This document shows positions 7,997 to 17,355 of a stretch of 64,000 nucleotides of DNA, piece by piece. The translations under genes and the position numbers were made by a program. Below the pieces are notes generated by a model. That model was not told the DNA's origin and made no database searches. It saw only the letters and a list, made by a program, of their open reading frames with translations. The first letter of the stretch is position 1. Every line of letters starts with the position of its first letter. The stretch spans positions 2,336,001 through 2,400,000 of the forward strand of contig OZ244065.1 in assembly GCA_965215505.1 (NCBI GenBank), in the 5' to 3' direction. The stretch comes from Capsulimonadaceae bacterium (GTDB taxonomy: Bacteria > Armatimonadota > Armatimonadia > Armatimonadales > Capsulimonadaceae).

Positions 7997-10702
7997 ATGA
8001 CCACGCCCAGCATCAGTTTTTCCGGCCTCGCCTCGGGGATCGACAGCTCCAGCATCATCACGCAGCTCACGACGGTCGCGCAGCAGCCGATCACGCTGCT
8101 CCAGGGCAAGGACGACGCCTACAACGCCAGCCTTGCGGCCTGGCAGCAGCTCAACACCAACCTGTCCGCCCTGCAAACCGCCGCCGTCGCCCTGACCCAA
8201 GCGTCCACCTTCAGCGCGGCCAGCGCCACCTCTTCCAACCCCGCCGTCGCCACCGTCACCACCCTGCCGGGGGCCGCACTGGGGGAACACAGCCTTTCCG
8301 TCACCCAGATCGCCCAGGCGCAGAAGGTCGTCTCCGCCCCGGTCGCGAGCGGCAGCACCGCCCTGGGCCGATCAGGCAGCTTCCTGCTGAATGGGAAGAC
8401 GATCACCGTCAGCAGCACCGACGCCCTGACCGACATCTCGGTCAAGATCAATGCCGCCCAGGCGGGCGTCTCCTCCACCGTCGTCAACGTCGGCCCCGGC
8501 GATTTCCGGCTGACCCTGACCAGCAACCAGACCGGCGCGGCGAACACCATCGCCGCTTCGGACACGGCCGGCGGTATCCTCGGCGGGCTGGGCGTGCTGG
8601 CGACGGGCACGGCGGCCGTGCGGCAGGGCCTCAGCGGCACCCAGAACGGAGCGGCCTACTCCGGCGCGGCCTCACTGACCTTCAGCAGCGCGACACAGTC
8701 CATCGGCTCCCTGCTGGGGATCGCGGCGGGCAGCGCGCCCAATGCCCCCTTCCACATCACGAACGGCACGAGCGGGGCCGGCAACGAGGCCGACATCTCG
8801 GTGAACCTGAACACCGCCTCGCTTTCCGACGTGGCGAATGCCATCAACCAGGCCGGGATCAGCGGCGTCTCCGCCGAGGTCATCACCCTCCCGGACGCCA
8901 ACGGCAACCTGTACCGCATTCATCAGCTCCAGATCACCAACAGCAATTCTACGCCCGCCACGCCCAGCACGGCGTCGGCGTCGGGAACATCGCTGCTCGC
9001 CTCCGACACCTATTCCGGGTCAGTGACGGTCAACGGCCAGGCCGTCACGCTGGCCGGACACGCGACCACGCTGGCCCAGCTCAACACCGCCATCCAGGGG
9101 ACGATCGGCAACTCGGGCATCGTCGCCAGCGTCAGCGGGGGTGCCCTGGTGCTGACCGACGCCTCGGGCAAAAACATCACGGCGACGACGACCGGCCTGG
9201 ACAACTGGACCGGCGGCACGGCCGACAACGGTCCCCTGGGCGCGGCCGTGGTCGCGAACGGCACCCCGGCCGCGGCCGCCACGACGACGTTCACCGACCC
9301 GAGCGGCGTCCTGGGGACTTTGGGCGTGCTGCAAAAACCGTACACGCAGACGGTGACGAGCGCCCAGGACGCCAAGTTCAACCTGGACGGCCTGGACCTG
9401 ACGCGATCCTCCAACAGCGTCGGCGACGTGGTCCCCGGCGCGACGGTCAAGCTGCTCTCGGGGACATCAGCCTCGCCCGGCACGAGCGACCTCAACATCT
9501 CCCAGAACAGCGACTCCATCGTGGCCGCCGTTAACTCCTTCGCCACCGCCTACAACGCCATCACCGATTTCGTCACCGCCCAGAACCAGTTCACGCCGCC
9601 GACGGACACGTCCGCGGGCGTCGCCGGTGCCAGCGCGCCGCTGTTCGGCGACGCGACCCTGAACCAAATTCAGGACCAGCTCTCGCAGGCGCTCACGGCC
9701 GTTTCCGGCTCGACCACGCTCCAATCCATCGGCGTGACTCTGGACACCAAGGGCAAACTCCAGGTTGACTCGAACGTCCTGACGGCGGCCCTCCAGGCTG
9801 ACCCGACCAGCGTCGCCGACCTCTTCGGCGCGTCGGGCAAGTCGGACAGCAGCGCCATCCAGTTCGTCCAGGCCGGACCGAAGACGACGGCGACCTCGGG
9901 GACCGGCTATGCCGTCGCCATCACGCAGCCGGCGACCCAGAGCAGCGGCACGGCCGGGACAGCGAACACCGGCACGACGAGTACGGCCCCCGAGACGCTG
10001 ACTTTCGGCGGCGCGCTGTTCCCCGCCGGGGCCAAGCTGACGCTTCCGGTCGGCAGCACCCTCCAGGACACGGTCAGCCTGATCAACAACACCAGCAGCC
10101 TGAACAGCCAGATCTACGCGCGGATAGACGCGACCAACCATCTGGTGATCTCCTCGCAGCGGTATGGGTCGGGGACGGGGTTTTCGGTTAGCTCCGACAC
10201 CGCCGCGTCGGGCACGAACTCGGGCATCGGCCCTTCCCTGGCGGCGACTTTCGGCGTGGACGTCGCGGGGACCATCAACGGCGAGCCGGCGACGGGGACC
10301 GGGCGGACCCTCACCGGGAACTCCGGGAACGCGACGACGGAGGGCTTGCAGCTCCTCGTCTCCGCCACGACCGCCTCCCCGGCGGGCGGCGCGACCGGCC
10401 ACGTCACGGTGAATCAGGGCGTCGCAGACGGCCTCAACGTGACCCTGACCCAGATGCTGGACCCGGTCAATGGGGCGGTCGCCGGGGCGGAAACCAGCCT
10501 CAACTCGCAGATTTCCGACACGCAGAACCAGATCTCTCAGATCCAGACCGAGATAAGCACTTACAAGGATTACCTGTCACAGATGTTCAGCGACATGGAA
10601 ACCAGGGTCAGCGCACTCCAAGCGCAGGGCAACGCCTTCAACGCCTCGCTCGGCAACACGACGACTTCCACCAGTACCGCTTCCAGCGGTAAACTGGCTT
10701 AA
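7997..10702 (+). CDS. fliD: flagellar filament cap protein FliD (elongated, 901 aa)
   Basis: SGLASGIDSSSII N-terminus, AQDAKFNLDGL..TRSSN and PLFGDATL, a C-terminal coiled coil, and position between fliC and fliS. Confidence 0.92.
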   Translation: MTTPSISFSGLASGIDSSSIITQLTTVAQQPITLLQGKDDAYNASLAAWQQLNTNLSALQTAAVALTQASTFSAASATSSNPAVATVTTLPGAALGEHSLSVTQIAQAQKVVSAPVASGSTALGRSGSFLLNGKTITVSSTDALTDISVKINAAQAGVSSTVVNVGPGDFRLTLTSNQTGAANTIAASDTAGGILGGLGVLATGTAAVRQGLSGTQNGAAYSGAASLTFSSATQSIGSLLGIAAGSAPNAPFHITNGTSGAGNEADISVNLNTASLSDVANAINQAGISGVSAEVITLPDANGNLYRIHQLQITNSNSTPATPSTASASGTSLLASDTYSGSVTVNGQAVTLAGHATTLAQLNTAIQGTIGNSGIVASVSGGALVLTDASGKNITATTTGLDNWTGGTADNGPLGAAVVANGTPAAAATTTFTDPSGVLGTLGVLQKPYTQTVTSAQDAKFNLDGLDLTRSSNSVGDVVPGATVKLLSGTSASPGTSDLNISQNSDSIVAAVNSFATAYNAITDFVTAQNQFTPPTDTSAGVAGASAPLFGDATLNQIQDQLSQALTAVSGSTTLQSIGVTLDTKGKLQVDSNVLTAALQADPTSVADLFGASGKSDSSAIQFVQAGPKTTATSGTGYAVAITQPATQSSGTAGTANTGTTSTAPETLTFGGALFPAGAKLTLPVGSTLQDTVSLINNTSSLNSQIYARIDATNHLVISSQRYGSGTGFSVSSDTAASGTNSGIGPSLAATFGVDVAGTINGEPATGTGRTLTGNSGNATTEGLQLLVSATTASPAGGATGHVTVNQGVADGLNVTLTQMLDPVNGAVAGAETSLNSQISDTQNQISQIQTEISTYKDYLSQMFSDMETRVSALQAQGNAFNASLGNTTTSTSTASSGKLA

Positions 10703-10732
10703 ACATTCTGGAAGCCAAGACACACAAGGACA

Positions 10733-11152
10733 ATGATGAGTCTCTCTAACCCCTACGCGCAGTACCGGCAGAACTCGGTCGAGACGGCAACGCCGACGCG
10801 GATGATCGTGATGCTCTACGATGGCGCGATCCGCTTTCTCAGTCTGGCCCTGCCCGCCATGCGCGCACAGGTGTATGATCAGCAGTCGCTCCAGATCGGC
10901 AAGGCGCAGGCGATCATCGCCCACCTGCGTGACACCCTGGACTTCCAGACGGGCGGCGCGGTCGCCGGGCACTTGAGCAAGATCTACGGCGACATGTTCG
11001 ACGCCCTCACCGACGCCAACATCCACGACAAACCGGAGCGGGTCGAGGAGGTCATCGCGGCCCTACGCGGCCTGCGCGAGGCCTGGGTCGAGGTGGACCG
11101 CCAATGCCAGATAGGCAAGGCGGCGGGCACCCGCGAGCGGGTCGCGGCGTGA
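10733..11152 (+). CDS. fliS: flagellin chaperone FliS
   Basis: YRQNSVETATPTRMIVMLYDGAIRFL and LREAW. Confidence 0.95.
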   Translation: MMSLSNPYAQYRQNSVETATPTRMIVMLYDGAIRFLSLALPAMRAQVYDQQSLQIGKAQAIIAHLRDTLDFQTGGAVAGHLSKIYGDMFDALTDANIHDKPERVEEVIAALRGLREAWVEVDRQCQIGKAAGTRERVAA

Positions 11153-11189
11153 ACGCGCTAAGAGACGCTTCAAGAAAGGATTCCACCCC

Positions 11190-11594
11190 ATGTCTACTGC
11201 TGCGGGCAGCACGGAACGCGCGAAGTTCGGCTATCTCCTCGACCTCAGTTACCAGCAGGTCCAGGCTTTGGAATGCGAAGACATGTTCGCCTTTGACCGC
11301 ATCCTGGCGGCGAAGAAGACGGTGATCGAGAGCCTGAGGGACCCGCGCGGCGTCCTCGCCGCCGATCCGACCCTGGCCTCCGTCGTGACGCGCATCCAGG
11401 ACGCGGACAAGATGGCGCAGCGCCTGCTCTTCCGTATGGTGGGCCGGATCATGCGCGAGATGAACGAGCTGAACCAGCAGAAGAAGGCGCGCGGCGCTTA
11501 CGGGTATGCCGGTGGGAACGCAGCCCGGCGCGCGGCGGCTCGGCCTATCGGCCTCCTGCCGGATACATCCAGCTACCTGGACACGAAATCGTGA
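11190..11594 (+). CDS. helical hypothetical protein, possible FliT/FlgN-like chaperone
   Basis: 134 aa, helical, directly after fliS and ending ARGAY...YLDTKS, as flagellar chaperones often do. Positional inference. Confidence 0.5.
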   Translation: MSTAAGSTERAKFGYLLDLSYQQVQALECEDMFAFDRILAAKKTVIESLRDPRGVLAADPTLASVVTRIQDADKMAQRLLFRMVGRIMREMNELNQQKKARGAYGYAGGNAARRAAARPIGLLPDTSSYLDTKS

Positions 11595-11656
11595 CGCCGT
11601 TTGCGGCGTGACGCCGTTTACAGCGCCCACCGCTCCGTGCTACAATGGGGGCACTC

Positions 11657-12529
11657 ATGCCCGCCCCCACCCGACCCAATCCACCCGCCGCCGCGCCGCA
11701 CCCGGCTGGCGTGACGCCCTTCGACCGCAACTTCTGGGAGGGCGACGCCTCCTGGATGGTGCTGGCCGATGTCGCCAAAATCGTCCTCCTCTACCTCGTC
11801 CTGCGCTTCGTCCTGCGCCGGCTCGTGGACCGCGTCCTGTGGCCCGCCGTGCGCGAGGGCGAGAAGAAGGTTGACCCGGCCCAGGCCTCGCGCATCAAGA
11901 CGCTGGCGAGCCTGGTCAACAGCTCCATCTCCTACATCCTGACCTTCGTCTTCGGCATCATGCTCCTGCGCGCCCTGCGTCTGGACCCCATCCCCCTGCT
12001 CACCACGGCCAGCGTCGCGGGTCTTGCCGTCGGCTTCGGCGCGCAGAAGCTGGTCAAGGACATGATCTCCGGCTTCTTCATCCTGCTGGAGAACCAGTAC
12101 GGCGTCGGCGACTACGTCACCATCGGGGCCGTGACAGGGACCGTGGAGGAGGTCGGCCTGCGGACGACGCGCATCCGCGACGACGCGGGCAAGCTGTACA
12201 TCCTGTCCAACGGCGACATCACCCAGGTCTGCAACCAGAGCCGGGGCGCGGTCGCCTCGTTCGTCGAGATCGGCATCGCCGCCGCCGCCGACATGGGCAA
12301 GGCGACCGAGATCATCAACAAGGCTGGGGAGGAGATCGCCCGTGATCAGCCCGGCCTGGACTTCGCCGAGCCGCCGAGCGTGCAGGGCCTGGGTGCGATG
12401 GACGCCGCCAAGCTCACCCTACGCGTCTCCTGCCCCGTCACCGCCCCCGCCAAGCTGACTCAGGCGCAGATCGCTCTGCGCGGGCTGGCGCATCAGCGGC
12501 TGGTGGAGGAGGAGATCGGGCTGGCGTGA
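11657..12529 (+). CDS. small-conductance mechanosensitive channel (MscS family)
   Basis: GLAVGFGAQKLVKDMISGFFILLENQYGVGD..GTVEEVGLRTT. Confidence 0.92.
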   Translation: MPAPTRPNPPAAAPHPAGVTPFDRNFWEGDASWMVLADVAKIVLLYLVLRFVLRRLVDRVLWPAVREGEKKVDPAQASRIKTLASLVNSSISYILTFVFGIMLLRALRLDPIPLLTTASVAGLAVGFGAQKLVKDMISGFFILLENQYGVGDYVTIGAVTGTVEEVGLRTTRIRDDAGKLYILSNGDITQVCNQSRGAVASFVEIGIAAAADMGKATEIINKAGEEIARDQPGLDFAEPPSVQGLGAMDAAKLTLRVSCPVTAPAKLTQAQIALRGLAHQRLVEEEIGLA

Positions 12530-12531
12530 GT

Positions 12532-12670
12532 GCGCTAATTAAAGGATAAGCCCTTATCCTTTATTAACGGCTCCGCTAAGTAAAGTTTGCTTTACTAACG
12601 GTCGCTTACGAAAAGATAAGGGCTGAACTTTTCGTTAGGAATTCCTAATAAAATGTTACTTTCGTTGGGA
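12532..12670. repeat. AT-rich array of four related imperfect hairpins
   Basis: TAAAGGATAAG-CC-CTTATCCTTTA; AGTAAAG-TTTG-CTTTACT; ACGAAAAG..CTTTTCGT; TCCTAATAAAA..TTTCGTTGGGA. Located between convergent genes. Confidence 0.7.
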
Positions 12671-12736
12671 GCGCGGTTGAGGTGCGCCTGAGTTCATCCA
12701 TACCAGTGCATGCTGGGTAGGAATGGGGAGCGCTTG

Positions 12737-14041
12737 CTACTGAATCTTGCCTAGGACTACCTTCACACCGGCCGCCAGAATCACATCCTGCTCCCCGTCA
12801 CCCAAATGCGAGAGATCAACCAACACGGGCGGCACGAAGACTTCGCGCGGGGTGCCGTTGACGTGGAACAGGCGCTCGGTGGGGAAACCGACGCCGATGC
12901 CGGTGCTGGGCAGCGTGATGCCCTCGACGGCCCCGTTCAGCCCGGCCATGCGCGTCCCGACCACGGTCCCGCGCTTCATAGCGTCCATGCCGATCGCCAT
13001 CCCCTCCCCCATGCTGCCGGTCCAGTGGTCCACCAGGACCACAACCGGGCCGGCGTAGCGGGGGCCGCGCGGCGAGACGATGTCTACCCACTTCTGCTGG
13101 ATGCCGTGGGCGCGCACTTCGGCGGGCGAGTCGTGCCTCTGGTAGAACATGTCCTGCGCGATGAAGCGCCCCAGGATGCCTCGGGCGACCGTCGTGTTCC
13201 CGCCGCTGGGCGTGTCCCGCAGGTCGAGGACAAGCCCGCGCGTGTCCCTCAGTCTGTCCAGGGCGGCGTCAAACTGTGCGACCGTTTGCGTCCGCCCCAG
13301 AGAGTTGTTCAGGCGAACATAGCCGATGCGCGGGTCCTGACGGAGCAGGGACACACCGAGCAGGGGCTTTCCATCCTCCGAGCCGCTGCCGCGCTCTGCC
13401 GCCGCGTCATCGGGCGTTATGGTGACTGGCGGCTGGCTTCCGTCTCGGACGACAAACCGCCGCGCCTCATTGTGACGCCCGGCGAGCAGCGCCCTCAGCG
13501 CCCAATCGTCCGCCGCCGGATCGGGCCGACGCAGGCATTGGCCCTGCCTCTGCCGCACGGCCTGGCGTACAGTGAGGCCGTTGATCGAGAGGATTTCCAT
13601 GCCGGCCCGCAGGCCCGCTTTCTCCGCGATGCCGCCGGGCCGGACTTCGGTCACGACGGCTTTGTCACCCTGCCACTCCGCCCAGGTATCGGCCCCCGTC
13701 GGGACGAGGCGCGGCGACGAGGGGAGATTGGTGTTCAGAGAAGCGTGCGGGTCGTAAAGCTCTTCCAGAGCGTGTTCCAGGAAGGTGATGAATTGCGCCC
13801 GCGTCTGCACCCCGGCGAGTTGTACCCGGTAAACATCCCGCACCCTGTTCCAGTCGGTTGCTTTGGCGTCCAGATAGGCGTAGCTGTCGTCAACGCTCTG
13901 CCAGAAGAAGTCGAAGTCGGCCCTCAGCTCCTGCGGCGTGTATTTCGTGTCCCGGTTGGCTTTCGGGGATTGTGCGGACACGGCACATAGGCTTGCGGCC
14001 AGCAGGAAGCAGGAGAAGAGGCAGACGGAAACGGCGCGCAT
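12737..14041 (-). CDS. secreted S41-family peptidase with PDZ
   Basis: Signal peptide, GLVLDLRDTPSGG, VVVLVDHWTGSMGE and VVGTRMAG. Confidence 0.88.
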   Translation of the reverse strand: MRAVSVCLFSCFLLAASLCAVSAQSPKANRDTKYTPQELRADFDFFWQSVDDSYAYLDAKATDWNRVRDVYRVQLAGVQTRAQFITFLEHALEELYDPHASLNTNLPSSPRLVPTGADTWAEWQGDKAVVTEVRPGGIAEKAGLRAGMEILSINGLTVRQAVRQRQGQCLRRPDPAADDWALRALLAGRHNEARRFVVRDGSQPPVTITPDDAAAERGSGSEDGKPLLGVSLLRQDPRIGYVRLNNSLGRTQTVAQFDAALDRLRDTRGLVLDLRDTPSGGNTTVARGILGRFIAQDMFYQRHDSPAEVRAHGIQQKWVDIVSPRGPRYAGPVVVLVDHWTGSMGEGMAIGMDAMKRGTVVGTRMAGLNGAVEGITLPSTGIGVGFPTERLFHVNGTPREVFVPPVLVDLSHLGDGEQDVILAAGVKVVLGKIQ

Positions 14042-14052
14042 GGTGGTCCTAA

Positions 14053-14679
14053 TCAGTTCATCCGCGCCGACGCGGGCCGGGCGCTGAGGTCCTGCGTGCC
14101 CGCCGTGCGGGCCAACGTGGCGAGCAGGGAGCGGCCGTCGTCGCGGTTGTGGGGGGTGAGGAAGAACAAGACGCCCTGGGTCAATCCTAGTTCGGTCGGG
14201 AGGGGCGCGTCGCCGCAGTCCAGGCGCAGCTTGAAGAAGCGCGGCAGGGACTCGGGCTGCCAGACGCCGTGGGCGAACGGCTCCTCGCCGGGGCGCTGGT
14301 CGAAGACGAACATCCGGCGGCGCGTCCGCAGGCTGCCCCCGGCGTAGAGCGCGTACAACGAGACGGACCGGACGGGCAGTGTCCCCGACTGGATCGCCGC
14401 CACTAAAGCCTGCACCCGGCGCAAAGTCTCCCAGGCCTCGGCGTCGGCGACCAGGCGGTGCGAGACGCCCGCGCCCAGAGCGCCCGCGAATTCCTCAGGC
14501 ATTTCGGCGAGCTGGTAGTAGCCGCCCTGCGCGGACAGCACGGCGCGGGCGACATCGTTCCGGTACTCCGCGCCCTCCCCCACCCGCTTCTTGATGTAGG
14601 CGATGGTCAGGCCGTGCCGGTCCTGCTGCTCGGCGCGGAGCGAGGCGTATTCGGGGTCGTCATCGTGGGCTAATAGCAT
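14053..14679 (-). CDS. hypothetical protein
   Basis: 208-aa ORF tightly packed between the permease and the S41 gene on the same strand. No motif recognised. Confidence 0.65.
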   Translation of the reverse strand: MLLAHDDDPEYASLRAEQQDRHGLTIAYIKKRVGEGAEYRNDVARAVLSAQGGYYQLAEMPEEFAGALGAGVSHRLVADAEAWETLRRVQALVAAIQSGTLPVRSVSLYALYAGGSLRTRRRMFVFDQRPGEEPFAHGVWQPESLPRFFKLRLDCGDAPLPTELGLTQGVLFFLTPHNRDDGRSLLATLARTAGTQDLSARPASARMN

Positions 14680-14685
14680 ATGTAT

Positions 14686-16491
14686 TTACTTGAAGGAGGG
14701 CAGGATCACGCCCTTCATGATCACGTTCTGGGCGAGCAGGAAGGCGAACAGTGTCGGCACGGCGGCCAGGGTCAGGGCGGCCATCATTACATACATGGGT
14801 GCGCCGCTCGATTGTAGTTCATAGAGCCAGACCATCAGCGTCCACATGTTATGGTCCTGACAGATCGTCATGGCGTACAGGAAGCCGCCGTAGGCCGTCG
14901 TGAAGGCGATGAAGCTGATGTAGGCGAAGATCGGGCGGCTCAGGGGCAGCGTGATGGTCCAAAACATCCGTAGCTCGGTGGCCCCGTCAATCGTCCCCGC
15001 CTCGTACAGCTCGCGCGGCAGGCTGTCGAAAAAGCCCTTCATCAGAAAGATCGAGTAGCCGCTTGCCGCGCCGGGCAGGATCAGGGCGGCATAGGTGTTG
15101 AGCAGGCTGAACTGCTTCAACAGCAGGAAGTTCTGAATCAGCGAAATCTCGCCGGGGAACGACATCGTCGCCAGCAGGAACAGCAGCACGGCGTTCCCGT
15201 AGGAGAGATTATACCGCGAAAGGGCGTAAGCGCAGAGCGGGTTGACGAGCAGCGTGGACAGGATCGCCAGTAGGCAGAATATGACCGTCACCCAAACGGC
15301 CCGCCCGTGCAGCAGGACGTATTGGATGACGAGGCTGTAGTTGCGCGCCACATAGTCCCGCCGCAATGCGCCCGTGTGGGCCTGGACGTAGGCCCAGTCG
15401 GAGGCCTGGACGGGCAAGAACTGGCCCGCGCCCGCCTGCGCCCGCCAGCGGGTTTCGGGCGTGTCGGCGGACAAGGCGGCGAGCGGGGCGACTTTCAGGA
15501 AGTCTATCCAGTCCAGCAGCGGCGGCCCCTGGGCGGGCAGGCCCTCGGGGTCCGGCAGTGGCAATGCCTCAAAAGAAGCCGCCGACGCTCGGTGCTTCCG
15601 GTCGTAATCGGCGATGCTGCCCTTGTAGCGCGTCCGCAGGAAGGCCCGGTAGGCGGGCGCGGCGGACGGGTCTACGACGATGTCCCGGAACGGCAGCTTG
15701 GTGCGGACGAACGTCTCCCAACCCTTGCGCTCCCCCGCGCTGCCCTCGGGCCGGGCCGTGAGCGCGAGCGCCGCGTAGGTTTTGGCCCCTGTCCCCCACG
15801 CCTTGTTGAGCGCACCCAGGTTCGGGTAGGCCTCCTCTTTGAGCCACTTCTGGTACAGCGGGTCCGCGCCGATGACGGTGAAATAGTTCAGGGGCAGGGT
15901 CGCCTCGAACGCCTTCCAGTCCTGGTACTTGACACCATTGTCCGGGGTCCAGTTGTGCTTGGCGGGCTGCTCGAACGGGGGGAAGACGGTCAGGAAGTCC
16001 TCGTCCTCCTGGGCATAGGCCCGGTCCAGGGCGCGGACATCGCCGTGAAAATGGTCGCGCAGGAACTGGTGGTAGCGGTCCAGCAGCGGGCTGGGGCTGA
16101 AGGCCGCCGCCGCGCCGCCGAAGCCCGCCGCCTTGTAGCGGGCCGGCAGAGCGGCGGCGAATCGGTCCCACTGCTCCACGCCGGACGTATCGGGCGGCAG
16201 CACGACGTTTTGCAGGCCGGCATAATCGGTCCCATACGTCGCATTGATCTGGACGAGGTCGCCTCGGTACTTGTCCTCGGCATACTTTCCGAACAGGGCG
16301 CTGTCCGAGTGCAGGTAGCGGGGGATCAGTTCATAAGTCGTCTTCTCATACTGCGACTCAACGGACGCACCGAGCATGACGAGGAAGGGGTAGACCATCG
16401 TGACCGCGCCCAGGCTCAGTACCAGATAGAGTGCGCCGATCAGCGCGCGCATTTTCAGTGTCTTGCGACCGACAACCGGAATCAGGGCCAT
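14686..16491 (-). CDS. carbohydrate ABC transporter permease (MalG-like) with a large extracytoplasmic insertion
   Basis: C-terminal FFDSLPRELYEAGTIDGATE (EAA loop) and TM helices, with a roughly 350-aa soluble insert after TM1. Confidence 0.88.
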   Translation of the reverse strand: MALIPVVGRKTLKMRALIGALYLVLSLGAVTMVYPFLVMLGASVESQYEKTTYELIPRYLHSDSALFGKYAEDKYRGDLVQINATYGTDYAGLQNVVLPPDTSGVEQWDRFAAALPARYKAAGFGGAAAAFSPSPLLDRYHQFLRDHFHGDVRALDRAYAQEDEDFLTVFPPFEQPAKHNWTPDNGVKYQDWKAFEATLPLNYFTVIGADPLYQKWLKEEAYPNLGALNKAWGTGAKTYAALALTARPEGSAGERKGWETFVRTKLPFRDIVVDPSAAPAYRAFLRTRYKGSIADYDRKHRASAASFEALPLPDPEGLPAQGPPLLDWIDFLKVAPLAALSADTPETRWRAQAGAGQFLPVQASDWAYVQAHTGALRRDYVARNYSLVIQYVLLHGRAVWVTVIFCLLAILSTLLVNPLCAYALSRYNLSYGNAVLLFLLATMSFPGEISLIQNFLLLKQFSLLNTYAALILPGAASGYSIFLMKGFFDSLPRELYEAGTIDGATELRMFWTITLPLSRPIFAYISFIAFTTAYGGFLYAMTICQDHNMWTLMVWLYELQSSGAPMYVMMAALTLAAVPTLFAFLLAQNVIMKGVILPSFK

Positions 16492-16497
16492 AGGCTC

Positions 16498-16526
16498 ATT
16501 ATAACGTCAAGCCGCCCGGATTGCAA
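16498..16526 (-). promoter_or_regulatory. sigma70 promoter, probably giving a leaderless mRNA
   Basis: Minus strand TTGCAA-N17-TATAAT, then 6 nt to the ATG at 16491. No SD sequence. Confidence 0.7.
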
Positions 16527-16545
16527 GGGCAGGACAGCATCAGGC

Positions 16546-17355
16546 CTACGGCCACCACGCCCGGTACAGCACGAAGCGCGAACTCAGGGCCTCAACACCG
16601 CCCGCTTTCGGGAATGTCCGGGCGGCGTGGCGGCGCGTTTCATTCATCAGCTCCTCATGTACCGCGTCTGGAATGCCCCACATCTGCGAGTAGGCCCGGC
16701 CCTCCAGCGCCTCCAGGGTGTCCGCCGTCGGCGCGTGGCGCTTCCAGGCGAGTTGCGGCGTTTCCATCAGCGCCACCCGGCCCCCCAGGCCGCCCGACCG
16801 CTCCGTGCGACGCAGGTAGGCCAGGGCGGGGGCCATGCCGCTGCCCAGGCTGACCCCCAGGACGTTCCGGGCGCGCGCCCGCTCGTAGTAGAAGTCCACC
16901 AGGAGGGACCGTCCGCCCTGCTCGACACCGAGGAAGAGGCCGGGGGCACGCGGGGCCAGGAGCCGGCGCATCTCGTGAAGGACGAGCCGCCACTGCTCGA
17001 TGAGCTGGAGGATGTGGACCAGCAGGATGCCCTCGAAAGCGCCGCGCCGGAAGGGGAGGCGCTGCAAGTCGGCCTGCACGAGCGGCAGGCTGCCGGGCGT
17101 CGCCTTCGCCCCGATCCGCTCCATCATGGCGGGCGCGATGTCGGTCCCGACGACCTGCCCCGGATGGCGACGCGCGAGCGGGGCGGCGAACCGCCCAGTC
17201 CCGACCCCGGCGTCCAGGAACAGCCCGCCGCGCTCCAGGCAGCACTCGCGCGAGAGGATGCGGGCGACTTCCTCCAGATGGGCGTCGGGGATGACGCGCG
17301 TCCGGTCGTACTCCCCGGCCACGGTGTCGAAGGAGAGATAACGGCCCGGCGTCAT
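16546..17355 (-). CDS. class I SAM-dependent methyltransferase
   Basis: SFDTVAGEYD, FLDAGVGTGRF and ADLQRLPF. Confidence 0.88.
   Translation of the reverse strand: MTPGRYLSFDTVAGEYDRTRVIPDAHLEEVARILSRECCLERGGLFLDAGVGTGRFAAPLARRHPGQVVGTDIAPAMMERIGAKATPGSLPLVQADLQRLPFRRGAFEGILLVHILQLIEQWRLVLHEMRRLLAPRAPGLFLGVEQGGRSLLVDFYYERARARNVLGVSLGSGMAPALAYLRRTERSGGLGGRVALMETPQLAWKRHAPTADTLEALEGRAYSQMWGIPDAVHEELMNETRRHAARTFPKAGGVEALSSRFVLYRAWWP

Noticed and set aside
11591-11624. 17-bp tandem duplication GTGACGCCGTTT(G/A)C(G/A)GC (similar short duplications near 51131 and 62674)
   Set aside because: Only two copies each and no shared sequence, consistent with replication slippage.
12532-12670. CRISPR mini-array
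   Set aside because: The units are non-identical abutting hairpins with no spacers, and there are no cas genes. Kept as an unexplained hairpin array.
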